From: Nitrosopumilus sp.
Lineage (GTDB): Archaea > Thermoproteota > Nitrososphaeria > Nitrososphaerales > Nitrosopumilaceae
Length of the DNA stretch: 64,000 bases
Direction: 5' to 3'
Assembly (NCBI GenBank): GCA_965207075.1
Contig: CBDBLO010000002.1
Coordinates: 352,001-416,000, forward strand
Shown: piece after piece, positions 20,533 through 30,816 of the stretch
Numbering within the stretch: the stretch's first letter is position 1
How the letters are laid out: every line of letters starts with the position of its first letter
Notes under the pieces: generated by a model
What the model saw: only the letters and a program-made list of their open reading frames with translations
The model's database searches: none
What the model was told of the DNA's origin: nothing
Made by a program: the position numbers and the translations under genes

Positions 20533-22293
20533 TCAAGTCACGCGTATTATTCCTTCTTTTATCAGGTACTGCAGGCCCGACACAAAGGACCCGTCGTCTA
20601 TCGCGCCCTCGGCCCACCAGCCCGCGTTGGTCTTTATCCACGACGGTATCTCCGCCGCTGTCTCACCGTCCGCAGCGCCGTCCTGTCCCGGGTCGTTGCT
20701 GCCGGCTGCTGGCACCACGAGTATCCCGCTCTGTATCAGGTACTGTATACCGGTCACAAACGTGGCATCGTCTATCAGGCCCTCGGCCCACCAGCCCGCG
20801 TTGGTCTTTATCCACGACGGTATCTCCGCCGCCTCCGTGCTTGGCGCCGGCCCGTCCACGTCGCCGGGGGGATTGCCGCCCGCAGGCGCCCCGGGCCCGA
20901 TCTCTATGAGTCCTGACCCGATTCCAGAGTACGTGGGGTCGTAGTCAAGGCCGGTCCCGTATACTATCACGTCCACCCTGATCAGTCCCTCAGACGGTAT
21001 CCTGATGTCCTGCACGTCTATGCCCTCCGGCGAGGCTATGCCCGTATTGAGCGGGTCGCTTCCGGAGAACCTTGCTATCTCGTTGCCCGACTCGTCGCTC
21101 ACTATGTACCCGTACCAGACGTCCTTGATCAGCTTGTTGTCCCGGTCCAGAAACGTGAACTCGAACGGGATCTCGTCGCCCGCGCCGTACTGTCCTTCCC
21201 ACTCTATGGTTACGGTGGTAGGAGCCCTCTCCTGCATGGTCTCAAGGTCCACCAAATAGAACTCCACGGAGCTGACCTCCGCCTCCTCGACTGGAACGAG
21301 CTTCAGGTTCATGTTCTTGCTCTCGAACCTGTCGTCCTTCATATTCTCGCTGATCTTTTGCAGCTCGCTGTTGGTTATCAGAAAGTGTACCACGTTCGTG
21401 TCTTCGTACGAGTACGGATCATTTAGCAGGGCGCGCTGGTCCACCTCCACCCCGTTTACGTATCCCCTGAACTGCTTGCCTTCCGCATACGGCACAAAGT
21501 CCTTGGGGATCCTGACCTCCTCGTGCACCACCTCCACTAGGTCGACATAATCCGGCGTCCAGTCAAACGCCATGTCGAACGTGATGGAGTTGTCCGACGG
21601 TTCGAATGCAAAATTCTCCACCTCATCATAGTACGTCTTGATTATTACGGGAATCTCCTCGGCGTGGGCTGTCTGTATTGCAAAGTTCTGCTCTTGGGCC
21701 ACGCTGACAAACGTGTCATAGCTCAGCCTCTCTGCAAGCTGCACCCTGGGGCTGGTCGCGCCCTCGATGTCGACGCGTACGTGGTACAGTCCGCCCTTTT
21801 CGAATATGGGCCCTGTTATGGTGGGCCTTGCGCATATGTCGTAGTTGTCGTCGTTGCACGGCTCCCCGTACACGAACAGGGCGCCGGGCGAGCTTATGTC
21901 TTCCGATCCGCCGTATACGCTGCATCTCCACAGTTCCGCACTGTCGCAGTCCGCATTGGGGCGTATCTCCACGTCGAGTCTTCCGTCGGGATCGTAAAAC
22001 AGGTTTCTTGCCAGCAGCTCCCCACTGCGCCACATCTCTATCCTGTATGTGACCTTTTCAAGCGTGGTGTCCGTCAGCGTGTCAAAGAACCTAATCTTCA
22101 TGTTGACGTCGTCTATGTCCCCTATCGTGATGTCCGACGGCGTGAGGTCCGTGCGGACGGTCACTTCCATCCCCGAAAAGCTGATGGGCGGCGCTTGGTC
22201 GCCTCCGAGTCCGTGCCCCGAGACCGACTGGGCGGCAGCCGGGATTACGACAATGGCGGCCATGGCCGCTAGCAGTGCAAGCCTGTTATACAA
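20533..22293 (-). CDS. Secreted protein (paralog 3) with two C-terminal [15 protein letters not shown] repeats
   Basis: SVSG|HGLGGD, TYYD..MAFDW..VVHEE..VVHF; TTG start chosen ~25 nt after TTTAAA. Confidence 0.85.
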   Translation of the reverse strand: MYNRLALLAAMAAIVVIPAAAQSVSGHGLGGDQAPPISFSGMEVTVRTDLTPSDITIGDIDDVNMKIRFFDTLTDTTLEKVTYRIEMWRSGELLARNLFYDPDGRLDVEIRPNADCDSAELWRCSVYGGSEDISSPGALFVYGEPCNDDNYDICARPTITGPIFEKGGLYHVRVDIEGATSPRVQLAERLSYDTFVSVAQEQNFAIQTAHAEEIPVIIKTYYDEVENFAFEPSDNSITFDMAFDWTPDYVDLVEVVHEEVRIPKDFVPYAEGKQFRGYVNGVEVDQRALLNDPYSYEDTNVVHFLITNSELQKISENMKDDRFESKNMNLKLVPVEEAEVSSVEFYLVDLETMQERAPTTVTIEWEGQYGAGDEIPFEFTFLDRDNKLIKDVWYGYIVSDESGNEIARFSGSDPLNTGIASPEGIDVQDIRIPSEGLIRVDVIVYGTGLDYDPTYSGIGSGLIEIGPGAPAGGNPPGDVDGPAPSTEAAEIPSWIKTNAGWWAEGLIDDATFVTGIQYLIQSGILVVPAAGSNDPGQDGAADGETAAEIPSWIKTNAGWWAEGAIDDGSFVSGLQYLIKEGIIRVT

Positions 22294-22420
22294 TATTGTA
22301 AATAATTTCACACTATATTTAAAGATCAAAGAGACGCGTGCGTGTGTCCCTCGTTCATGCGCGGTTACGCCCGCCGTCGAGCCATGCGTTGGAACGTTTT
22401 TTATCTGTGTAACACGTATC

Positions 22421-23191
22421 ATGTCTATGAAGGCAGTCTTGGTTGCTCTGGTGCTTGTTGCCGCATGTGTGCTTGCCGCCGGGCACCAGGCGCATGCAGA
22501 GACCCAGACCGAGACCCAGACCCTGCCCACCGAGCAGGGAACCATAGACGTTCATCTCGAGTATGACGCCGTGATAATGCCGGGCGAGGAGACAAAGATC
22601 AAGGTGGACTTTCTGAATCCCGTAACCGGCCAGATTCAGGTGCACATAGACTATACGATTACGATCACCAGGGATGGGGAGCAGGTGTTCGGGCCCACCG
22701 ACCTCATACATACGTCTCCCGGCACCATAACGATCTCCCCCTTGCTCTTCAAGAGCGAGGGGATCCACACGATAAATTTTACGGTGGAGGGGATACTCTT
22801 CCAGCCTATTCCAGCCGAGGCCGTATCCTTTGAGATACCGGTGGGGGAGGATGCGTCGGCACCCCTAGAGCCAGACATGGCGGTGATCCCGCCGTGGGTC
22901 AAGAGCAACGCCGGGTGGTGGGCCGACGGCCTGATAGACGACGCCACGTTCGTATCCGGAATCGAGTACCTGATACAGAGCGGCATACTGGTCGTTCCCG
23001 CCGCCGACGCTGCCAGTGACCCGGGGAGTGATGCGGACGGCGTCGGAGGGGGAGGAGAGGACGCGCCGGGGCCGCAGATCCCGCCGTGGGTCAAGAGCAA
23101 CGCCGGGTGGTGGGCCGACGGCCTGATAGACGACGCCACGTTCGTGGGCGCCCTGCAGTTTCTGATTACGGCCGGAATCATACAGGTCTGA
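22421..23191 (+). CDS. Secreted Ig-like protein with two [15 protein letters not shown] repeats
   Basis: Signal peptide AHA|E; duplicated thaumarchaeal C-terminal module. Confidence 0.85.
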   Translation: MSMKAVLVALVLVAACVLAAGHQAHAETQTETQTLPTEQGTIDVHLEYDAVIMPGEETKIKVDFLNPVTGQIQVHIDYTITITRDGEQVFGPTDLIHTSPGTITISPLLFKSEGIHTINFTVEGILFQPIPAEAVSFEIPVGEDASAPLEPDMAVIPPWVKSNAGWWADGLIDDATFVSGIEYLIQSGILVVPAADAASDPGSDADGVGGGGEDAPGPQIPPWVKSNAGWWADGLIDDATFVGALQFLITAGIIQV

Positions 23192-23322
23192 GTCTTACGG
23201 TACGGCGCGCCTTCCGTGCGGGCTCCTGGCTCCTACTTTTTGACGCGGCATCGCAGGCCGCTGCGCCTGCAGACTGGCGTTTGAACCACGCGTCTTAAAT
23301 TAGGACAAGGCCTACTCTGTAT

Positions 23323-23718
23323 ATGGTAGCATACGTCCAGTCGCTACGCTCCAGCTTGGCCAACCTGTTTCTGGTTGCGGTTCTGGGCATCGCGCTGACG
23401 TTCTTGGTTCCGATGGCGTTTCCGCACCTCATGCACGGATTCCACGCGGCCCACATACTGCTTCACACGGGCGGCATGATACTCGCGCTCTTCATCACGA
23501 CGCTGGCCGTCGTCTCGTACCGCACGCTGCGCTCAAGACGCCTGCTACTGACCACAATTGCATTTGCGAACTTTGTGTTTACAGAGGCCCTGCTGCTTGC
23601 CTACGTGCTGGATCTCTTGATTATCAACCTGGGGGACGTGCACATATACGAGGTGGGACATCTGCTGATGTTTGTCACGCTGGGACTGCTGGCTCTGGGG
23701 GCGCTGCGAAGTGACTGA
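23323..23718 (+). CDS. 4-TM membrane protein with His cluster
   Basis: Hydrophobic helices; PHLMHGFHAAHILLH and HIYEVGH. Confidence 0.75.
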   Translation: MVAYVQSLRSSLANLFLVAVLGIALTFLVPMAFPHLMHGFHAAHILLHTGGMILALFITTLAVVSYRTLRSRRLLLTTIAFANFVFTEALLLAYVLDLLIINLGDVHIYEVGHLLMFVTLGLLALGALRSD

Positions 23719-24235
23719 CAAGTCCGATGTAATACTAGGGGCCATAGAGTCAAACCCCGGCATACACTTTAGGGGAATCATGCGCAAGACCGGGCTCATG
23801 AACGGCGTGCTGTCGCACCATCTTGCCAAGCTGGAGCGCAACAACCTGATAATTGCAAGGCGCCGGCCGCGCACCGTCCGGTTCTATTCCGTGCGGATAC
23901 CAAAGTCGGATCATGCCATAATCAAGGCACTGCGCAGGCCCACCCCCCGCGCGCTGCTGATCACGCTTTTGCACGAGGAACCCGAAAACACGAACGGGCT
24001 CTCGTTTGCAGAGCTGGTGGAGAGGGTGAAAAAATCCCCCTCTACTGTGTCCCTGTATCTGTCGCAGCTGGTAAGGGAGAGCTTGGTGGACGTGCGTCTG
24101 GCCGAGATCAAAAAGCGCTATCGGCTCCGGGATCGGGAGCGCGTAGACCGCCTGCTTGAGGATCACGGTCCAAGCTTGGTTGGCATGTACGCCTCGAACT
24201 TTGAGGACATGATAAACCCACTGGGCTCCCCCTAG
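23711..24235 (+). CDS. Double winged-helix (ArsR/MarR-like) transcription regulator
   Basis: NPGIHFRGIMRKTGLMNGVLSHHLAKLE and second HTH SPSTVSLYLSQL; GTG start overlaps the upstream gene. Confidence 0.85.
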   Translation: MTDKSDVILGAIESNPGIHFRGIMRKTGLMNGVLSHHLAKLERNNLIIARRRPRTVRFYSVRIPKSDHAIIKALRRPTPRALLITLLHEEPENTNGLSFAELVERVKKSPSTVSLYLSQLVRESLVDVRLAEIKKRYRLRDRERVDRLLEDHGPSLVGMYASNFEDMINPLGSP

Positions 24236-24274
24236 CACGGTTGTGCGGGGCGTGGCGGGGGACGCAGCTCGGGG

Positions 24275-25240
24275 TCATGCGACAATCCTGTACCTTCCAT
24301 ATATGGTGTACATGGCCGACGCCAGTAGCGCGAGGGACGACGCGACAAACCAGTCACTGACGCTCTGGTATCCCACCTCCCTCCCAAGCGCGGCGCCTAT
24401 CTCGGCGAGCGTGCCCCCAAGCGCCTGCTCGTCAAGGGACTTTGAGAATCTGCCGCCCGTCGCGTTTGCAATGTATGCGAGCGTCTCCTCGTCAAGCTCT
24501 GCATACTGCGGCTGGCCGAACACGTCATTCTTGACAAAGGCCGGCTCCGCCGATCCTATTCCTACGGTGTGGACCTGCACGCCGGCCCTCTGCGCGTACT
24601 CGACGGCCTCCTGCGGGGTGATCTGCCCCGAGTTGTGCACGCCGTCGCTGAGCAGTATCACCACCCCCCGCCTGTCGGGTATGGAGATCGCCATGTCGAC
24701 TCCGAGCGCAAGCCCGTCCCCGATGGCCGTGGCCCCGCCGCTCTGGCCTATGGACATTACGGCCTCAGACGCCTTTTGCTTGTTGTCTGTCAGGTAGGAT
24801 GCCGTGGTGGCGCCCGTCTCAAAGAGTATCACGCCGACATAGTCCCGGGGATCCGACCCCTGAATCAGCCTTGTTATCGACTGTTTTGCCGCGTCCAGTC
24901 TGCTTGGCGCGTAGTCCGTGGCTGACATGCTCTCAGAGATGTCAAGAACTATGCTGATGCTCCTGCCGTTCCTCGTATCCGGTGACACGTCTGCTGCGAC
25001 GACTGGAACCTGCAGGTCGGCCATTGCGACCGCGGCCATTGCGACCGCGGCGGCCATCAGCGCGAACGGCAGGTGCCTGCGCCACGCGCCCTGCCTTCCT
25101 GCCACCGCCCTTGTAACCGTCTCGATGGAGCTGAACCTCAGGACGGACTCCTTTCTTCCCGCGTTATACCTCAAATACAGGATATACAGGCCCGGCAGTG
25201 CAAAAAGCAGCAACAGCATGTGTGCGTGTTCGAACTGCAC
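24275..25240 (-). CDS. BatA-like von Willebrand factor A domain membrane protein
   Basis: LDISESM MIDAS, TAIGDGL, ILLSDG; N- and C-terminal TM segments. Confidence 0.9.
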   Translation of the reverse strand: MQFEHAHMLLLLFALPGLYILYLRYNAGRKESVLRFSSIETVTRAVAGRQGAWRRHLPFALMAAAVAMAAVAMADLQVPVVAADVSPDTRNGRSISIVLDISESMSATDYAPSRLDAAKQSITRLIQGSDPRDYVGVILFETGATTASYLTDNKQKASEAVMSIGQSGGATAIGDGLALGVDMAISIPDRRGVVILLSDGVHNSGQITPQEAVEYAQRAGVQVHTVGIGSAEPAFVKNDVFGQPQYAELDEETLAYIANATGGRFSKSLDEQALGGTLAEIGAALGREVGYQSVSDWFVASSLALLASAMYTIYGRYRIVA

Positions 25241-25245
25241 GTCAG

Positions 25246-26253
25246 TTATCGCCTCCTCCTTCTTGCCGCACTTCTCGATGCGCCCGCCGTCATAGCCGTT
25301 GCCACCGCAACCGTCCCCGCGTACCTGTTGAACGCCGCGTCAAACGGTTCGCCTGTTGCAATGTCGATATATGCGGCGCCCGCCCTGAGCGCCTCCTCCC
25401 TTGCACGCTCGGCCACCCGCCGCGCCGCGCCGCGGTACGCGTCCCTGACCTCCGTGCTTGACGTGTTGACCAGAACCTGTCCGCCCGTCTCCATGTCCTC
25501 CAGATACGCGTATCCGATGTCCGGCAGCGTGCGCTCGTGCGGGTCGTGCACGCGGATCATTACGACCTCGTGCTTGGCGCATGCGCCCCGCAGTGCCTCG
25601 GCAAGGGGCTCGCCCGTCTCAAGGTCCGATATTACAAACATGACGCTCCTGCGCCCCGCCGCACGCGCAAGACGCGACATTGATCTTGCAATGCCGGTTT
25701 TGCCCTGCCGGTACGACTCGGAGAGCCCATCAAGTACCATCTTTCTTATCATTCCCATTGCGTGCCGCCTGCCCCTTCTTGCCCCTGTGAACGACTCTAA
25801 CGACTCTGCAAACAGCGCCATGCCGATCCTGCCGCCGTCCCTGCCGTTTAGCGCGGAGAGTATGACGGACGCTGCAATCTCGACCATGACGTCCCTCTTG
25901 CTTTTGGGGCCGCTTCCAAACGAGGTGCTGCCCGAATAGTCGACTGCCACGTATATGTCAAGGTCGCTCTCCTCGACAAACTCCTTTACGAACAGCCCGC
26001 CGTGCCTGGCAGAGACGTTCCAGTCTATGCGGCGCGGATCGTCGCCGGCCGCGTATTCTCGGACCTCTGAGAACTCTATCCCCCCGCCCGGCCGTCGCCG
26101 GCCGCGGTCCCCCGGCGTGTAGCTTGGCCGCGACCACGCGCCTATGTCTAGCTTTTTTGCGCCTGCAACCACGTCGCGAAACCTCTTCTCCGCCTCTTCC
26201 TCTCCTGTGGATGTCGCCGCCGCCTGATCTGTCCCCGACATCAGTTTTTCCAC
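25246..26253 (-). CDS. DUF58 family protein
   Basis: EFSEVREYAAGDDPRRIDWNVSAR..VKEFVEE signature. Confidence 0.92.
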   Translation of the reverse strand: MEKLMSGTDQAAATSTGEEEAEKRFRDVVAGAKKLDIGAWSRPSYTPGDRGRRRPGGGIEFSEVREYAAGDDPRRIDWNVSARHGGLFVKEFVEESDLDIYVAVDYSGSTSFGSGPKSKRDVMVEIAASVILSALNGRDGGRIGMALFAESLESFTGARRGRRHAMGMIRKMVLDGLSESYRQGKTGIARSMSRLARAAGRRSVMFVISDLETGEPLAEALRGACAKHEVVMIRVHDPHERTLPDIGYAYLEDMETGGQVLVNTSSTEVRDAYRGAARRVAERAREEALRAGAAYIDIATGEPFDAAFNRYAGTVAVATAMTAGASRSAARRRRR

Positions 26254-26283
26254 CCGCTATACCATCGACTGCAGCCTGCGGCG

Positions 26284-27333
26284 TTATGGCGGACTGATGC
26301 CTTCCAGTATGCCGCTTATCACCGCATCCGGCGTGATCCCCTTCTCCTCTGCCTCAAACGTCGGTATTATCCTGTGCCGCAACACGTCGTGCGCCATCTC
26401 CTTTACGTCCTCTGGCGTCACAAATCCCCTGCCGTTTACCAGCGCGCGGCCCCTTGCCGTCCTGACAAGCCATATCGAGGCCCTCGGAGAGGCGCCAAGC
26501 TCCACAGTTCCAGACATGCCCTTGATGCCGTACTCGTCGGGATCTCTGGTCGCCCGTACCACGTCGGTCACGTACTCTGAGACCAGATCGTCGACGTAAA
26601 TGCCCTCGCAGAACCCCTGCATCTCTGCAGCCTCTTCTGGGCTTGATATGGCCGGGGCGTCTCCCGGGCTGCCCGCCGCATTCTTGCTTATGATCTCCAT
26701 CTCCTCCTCCTTGGTGGGGTACGTCATTGCCAGCTTCATCGCGAACCTGTCTATCTGCGCCTCGGGAAGCCTGTAGGTTCCCTCGTTCTCTATGGGATTC
26801 TGCGTTGCAAACACCAGGAACGGCTTGCCAAGCTCGTACGTGTCCCCGTGTATGCTCACCTGCCTCTCCTGCATGGCTTCCAGCAGGGCAGACTGGACCT
26901 TTGGGGGCGCCCTGTTTATCTCGTCGGCCAGCACAAAGCTGTGGAATATGGGGCCTTTTTCGGTTACAAACGGACTGCCGGCGGCCGTCCCTCCCGCGCC
27001 GTCTCCTCTCCTCCCGGCATAAATCTTGGTCCCTATGATGTCAGCGGGCAGCAGGTCGGGCGTGAACTGTATCCTCACGCTGTCGGCGCCAAATATCTGG
27101 GACATCGTCTTTACCATGAGCGTCTTTGCAAGGCCCGGGACGCTCTCGACTAGCACGTGTCCGTCTGTTATGACCCCGATCAGCATGCGCTCCAGCGCGT
27201 GGTGCTGCCCCGTTATCCTCTTGTGGGACTCGTCAAGTATGCTGCGCAGTGTGCCGCCGTACTTTTGGGCGCGCTCATTGAGCTCGATCATTCTGTCGTC
27301 CGACATGGAATATCTTACCTCGGCATCCTGCAT
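26284..27333 (-). CDS. moxR: MoxR family AAA+ ATPase
   Basis: VPGLAKT, RIQFTPDLLPADIIG, DEINRAPPKVQSALLEAM and ATQNPIE motifs. Confidence 0.95.
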   Translation of the reverse strand: MQDAEVRYSMSDDRMIELNERAQKYGGTLRSILDESHKRITGQHHALERMLIGVITDGHVLVESVPGLAKTLMVKTMSQIFGADSVRIQFTPDLLPADIIGTKIYAGRRGDGAGGTAAGSPFVTEKGPIFHSFVLADEINRAPPKVQSALLEAMQERQVSIHGDTYELGKPFLVFATQNPIENEGTYRLPEAQIDRFAMKLAMTYPTKEEEMEIISKNAAGSPGDAPAISSPEEAAEMQGFCEGIYVDDLVSEYVTDVVRATRDPDEYGIKGMSGTVELGASPRASIWLVRTARGRALVNGRGFVTPEDVKEMAHDVLRHRIIPTFEAEEKGITPDAVISGILEGISPP

Positions 27334-27722
27334 TGCCCTGCTGCAGGGCCAGCCCTTAATTAATACCGTCGCCGATTCTCAAAATGTACCAACGGTGACA
27401 GTCACGTACAAAAAGCCGGACCCTCTAATTTTTTTGCGTTGCTTTATTTTGCTTTATTCTGCTTTGCCTTTCTTTGACAGACAATCGGCGCGTTATCGTG
27501 TACTGACCGGCGCGCCTGTTGCGCAGGTGTGGGCCGCCGCACCTGTTTTTTGCAAAACTCACTGCTACCAAGCTCGTACTGGCGCGCAGTGGCGGCCGGC
27601 GCCTGTGGCCGCAGCGGGGCGGCGCTGCGCCGCGACGCATGGCGCGCGACGGCGCAGTTAAAAGACGGCGACATGTATATTCATACGTGCCCTGCACGCC
27701 CGCGCAGTTTAATCTGAAGCGC

Positions 27723-29234
27723 ATGCGCCTGCCCGTTGCAACTGCAACGGCCACCGTGCTTTTAGTTGTCGCCGCCACCATGATCTCGGTTGTACACGCG
27801 CAGGCCGATGACCTTGTAGTCCGCTGGTCGGTAGAGGGGCAGCCGCACCCACAGACGGAGTCGGGCGCCGTGGGGGGCGAAGGGGGTGACAGTGGCGACG
27901 TGACAGTGGTAGTCGAGAGGTATACCGGTGATGATGATGCGGATGCTGGAGCCGACGGCGGCCCCGCATATGACGATTCCCGAGCCGCGTCGCCGCCGGG
28001 ACTGGAACGGGAATTCAGATACGACAGGTTTGTCACTGGCAACCAGTACTCTGTGGGCGACTACAGGATATCAATATTCTCTGAGGAGGGGCAGCTGCTC
28101 AACCAGATCATAATAGACCAGCAGGAGCTGCAGGCCGAGAGCTTTCGCCACAAGATCAAATACTATGACAGGTTCTCCGACGGCTATGTGGAGATTGCCG
28201 AAGCCCTGCTGGATCCTATCAGCAAGCAGATGTACCTCATAGCGGGATCCGCATACGACTATCCTGTAAACTCCAACCTGGAGGTCTTTGTGCTGGAGCG
28301 CGGCTACTCGCTAGACAACCTGCAGGCCATACCGAACGACATCTTCTCGCCGATGGAGTTTACGTTCGGACGCGAACTGCTCGGGGAGTCGGCCCTGACG
28401 GGGAAGGGGGCAGGCGACCTGCGCGCGTATTCCCCAAACCATATGGTATTTGACGAGCCCCAGCTGGAATCCCGGATGATAGAGTCCCTCTCGGGGCAGG
28501 CGTCTGGCATAATAGGGCAGGTCCTCCTTGCCCCGGACAAACCGGAACCGGAGCCCGAGCTGTACAGCCTGTCGAGTCCGGAACCATTACTGCCCGACAC
28601 GGACGAGTCGCAGCAGTCTGCCGTTCCGATAATAAGCGACCTGTTTGGCGACAGGCCGCGGCCCAGCTTTGAGGATGCGGGGCGCGTCCGTGCAGGCCTG
28701 GAAAACCTCGATGCAAAAACGCCGGCGTTTCCCGCGCAGGAGCGGGACGGGAATGTCCAGCTTGCCATTATCTTGGCTGCATCCGCAGCCGCTGGACTGG
28801 CCGCCGCCGGCTATGCCGCGTGGAGAATGCGCCAAAAAAGGCATGCCGAGCCCGAGGAACCGTTGCTGGTAGCGGCCGGTGAGGCAGAACCCGAAACCTC
28901 ATACGACTATAGGGGGCTGGCGGGTCGGATGCTGTCGCATGCGCGCGACCTTTATGACGCGGGGCGGCGCAAAGAGGCCCACGAGACGCTCGGGCATGCG
29001 ATCCGGCTCTTCTACGCACACCGTACGGGACTGCGGGGGCGGCCCACAAACGAGGAGCTGCTCGCGCGCATGCGGCAGAAGCTTGGCTCCTCCAGTGTAG
29101 AGTACGAGACGGTCAGGAAGTGGCTTGTGGCGTGCGGCAGCGTCGAGTATGCGCGATACAGGCCGGATTCCAAAAGGTTTGCCGACGTTGTGGATGAGTT
29201 CTCCGGCGTACTGGCAGGGTCGGCAGAGGATTAG
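27723..29234 (+). CDS. Secreted/single-TM protein with cytoplasmic helical C-terminal domain (DUF4129-like)
   Basis: Signal peptide, TM AIILAASAAAGLAAAGYAAW, PTNEELL..VEYARY. Confidence 0.7.
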   Translation: MRLPVATATATVLLVVAATMISVVHAQADDLVVRWSVEGQPHPQTESGAVGGEGGDSGDVTVVVERYTGDDDADAGADGGPAYDDSRAASPPGLEREFRYDRFVTGNQYSVGDYRISIFSEEGQLLNQIIIDQQELQAESFRHKIKYYDRFSDGYVEIAEALLDPISKQMYLIAGSAYDYPVNSNLEVFVLERGYSLDNLQAIPNDIFSPMEFTFGRELLGESALTGKGAGDLRAYSPNHMVFDEPQLESRMIESLSGQASGIIGQVLLAPDKPEPEPELYSLSSPEPLLPDTDESQQSAVPIISDLFGDRPRPSFEDAGRVRAGLENLDAKTPAFPAQERDGNVQLAIILAASAAAGLAAAGYAAWRMRQKRHAEPEEPLLVAAGEAEPETSYDYRGLAGRMLSHARDLYDAGRRKEAHETLGHAIRLFYAHRTGLRGRPTNEELLARMRQKLGSSSVEYETVRKWLVACGSVEYARYRPDSKRFADVVDEFSGVLAGSAED

Positions 29235-29309
29235 CGCATATCCTGCGTGTCCCGCCCGCCGGCGACGGGGGGGGGGGGGTGGAGTGGAGAGGACAGGAGG
29301 CCCTGAACC

Positions 29310-30713
29310 CTACGGTGTCTTGCAAAGGGCAAAGTTCCCGTCCCATTTTACGTGTCCGTAAAACCGCTTTGTCTCAAACTCGCCCAGGTCTGCAAACGAT
29401 ATCGACGTCCTGCCTGTGATGTTTTCGTCCCAGTCCACGAATACTATGTCCACATCGGTTATGTTTCGAGGAATTTCGTCGTTAGTGTACGCGCCCGTGA
29501 TCGTTATGGTGCCAAAGTCGTCACGCGAGCAGAAAAGCTCCGACATCCCGTATCTGGGAGATGTTTCTGGATCCGTCTGTTGCTGCTGGCCCGTGGCCGC
29601 AACAACGTCGTCCCCTGCATCCTCCCCGGTGTCCGCAACGTCCGCGCTCGGCTTGCTTTGGGTTGGGGTTCCAGCATCATCATGCACCAGGGGATTTTCT
29701 TGCAGCGCGCGGACGAGCATGCCCGCAGAATATGAGTCGTTGCCGCTTATGGCAAATATCTTTCTGATTATTCCATCCATGATGTTCGTGGTGGGTTCCG
29801 TCCTGTCAATCTCGATGTCCGGCGCCCTGTACAGGTAATGCTCACCGTACGCGTCAAATATGACGGCCTGTATTATCAGGTCGTTGTACGCGCAGGTGGT
29901 GACCGCCCCTTCGTCTGAATATCCAAAGATGCATTCGATGCCGTCTGATACGCGCCCCGTCATATGCGCCGATTCAAAAAGAGACTGTATGGTCTGGTTT
30001 GTGTAATCGGCCCAATAGTCGTAGGCGCCTGTCTGGCCGGAGAGTCGCGTAATGCTCATGTACATGGTGGGAATCTTGTACTTGTTGAATACGGGATCGT
30101 ATGTCCTGCTAATGTCCCTCATCAGGACCCTGACAGAATCCGCCGCCCCCTCCGTCTTGTCAAATCCCTCCTCCGTGGAAACAAACCTCCATTTTGACAC
30201 CTTTGTTATCCTGTCTACCTCGCGCTCTGTCAGGAGAAGGCTCGTTAGGGGCATCTCCTCCAATGCCTGACGCGCTTCCGCCTCTATGTCAAATTCCATG
30301 CCTTGCATGCCGTCCCGGCTGAGATATCCTGCCTTGCCAAAGTGATGTACGGCGCTCACAAACTGCCCGTCGGTGATCTTCCCATCCAACCACCATGCCG
30401 TCCTAGTTTCGATCCACTCGATCACCCGCGGCGTGAGAGGGGCCGCCATAGAGGCCGTGCCTGCTTCCGTAGCCGGAACGTTCATGGAGCCAGGCACGTC
30501 ATCCCTTGCCAGTTCGGACCTAGACAGTATGGTGAGCGCGTCCCAGAAATCACCGTCGGCAATCTCGCCCTCAAGCCACCTCTCGGCCGCCTCCCTGGCC
30601 CAGTCCAGAATTTCAGCATTGTGTTCTTCCTGCGCCACAACGACGGACGCTTGTGCTGCCAGCATGACGGCAAGCGTTACTACGGCCATCATTACCATAA
30701 CGAGCCCTAGCAT
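29310..30713 (-). CDS. Secreted hypothetical protein with N-terminal degenerate WW-G-I-D repeats
   Basis: Signal peptide; WLEGEIADGDF and WWLDGKITDGQFV; C-terminal beta-sandwich-like segment. Confidence 0.75.
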   Translation of the reverse strand: MLGLVMVMMAVVTLAVMLAAQASVVVAQEEHNAEILDWAREAAERWLEGEIADGDFWDALTILSRSELARDDVPGSMNVPATEAGTASMAAPLTPRVIEWIETRTAWWLDGKITDGQFVSAVHHFGKAGYLSRDGMQGMEFDIEAEARQALEEMPLTSLLLTEREVDRITKVSKWRFVSTEEGFDKTEGAADSVRVLMRDISRTYDPVFNKYKIPTMYMSITRLSGQTGAYDYWADYTNQTIQSLFESAHMTGRVSDGIECIFGYSDEGAVTTCAYNDLIIQAVIFDAYGEHYLYRAPDIEIDRTEPTTNIMDGIIRKIFAISGNDSYSAGMLVRALQENPLVHDDAGTPTQSKPSADVADTGEDAGDDVVAATGQQQQTDPETSPRYGMSELFCSRDDFGTITITGAYTNDEIPRNITDVDIVFVDWDENITGRTSISFADLGEFETKRFYGHVKWDGNFALCKTP

Positions 30714-30816
30714 CAGCTAGTGCATGATCAATATATGTGTCCTCTGGCTATGACTGAATTGGTACATATTTCAAATACGCGCCTTATTTTTTATAGGCAA
30801 ATCCGCTATGTGATAT

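Noticed and set aside
29267-29279. Poly-G tract as a phase-variation switch
   Set aside because: Lies between convergent gene ends, outside coding or promoter sequence; may be a sequencing artefact.
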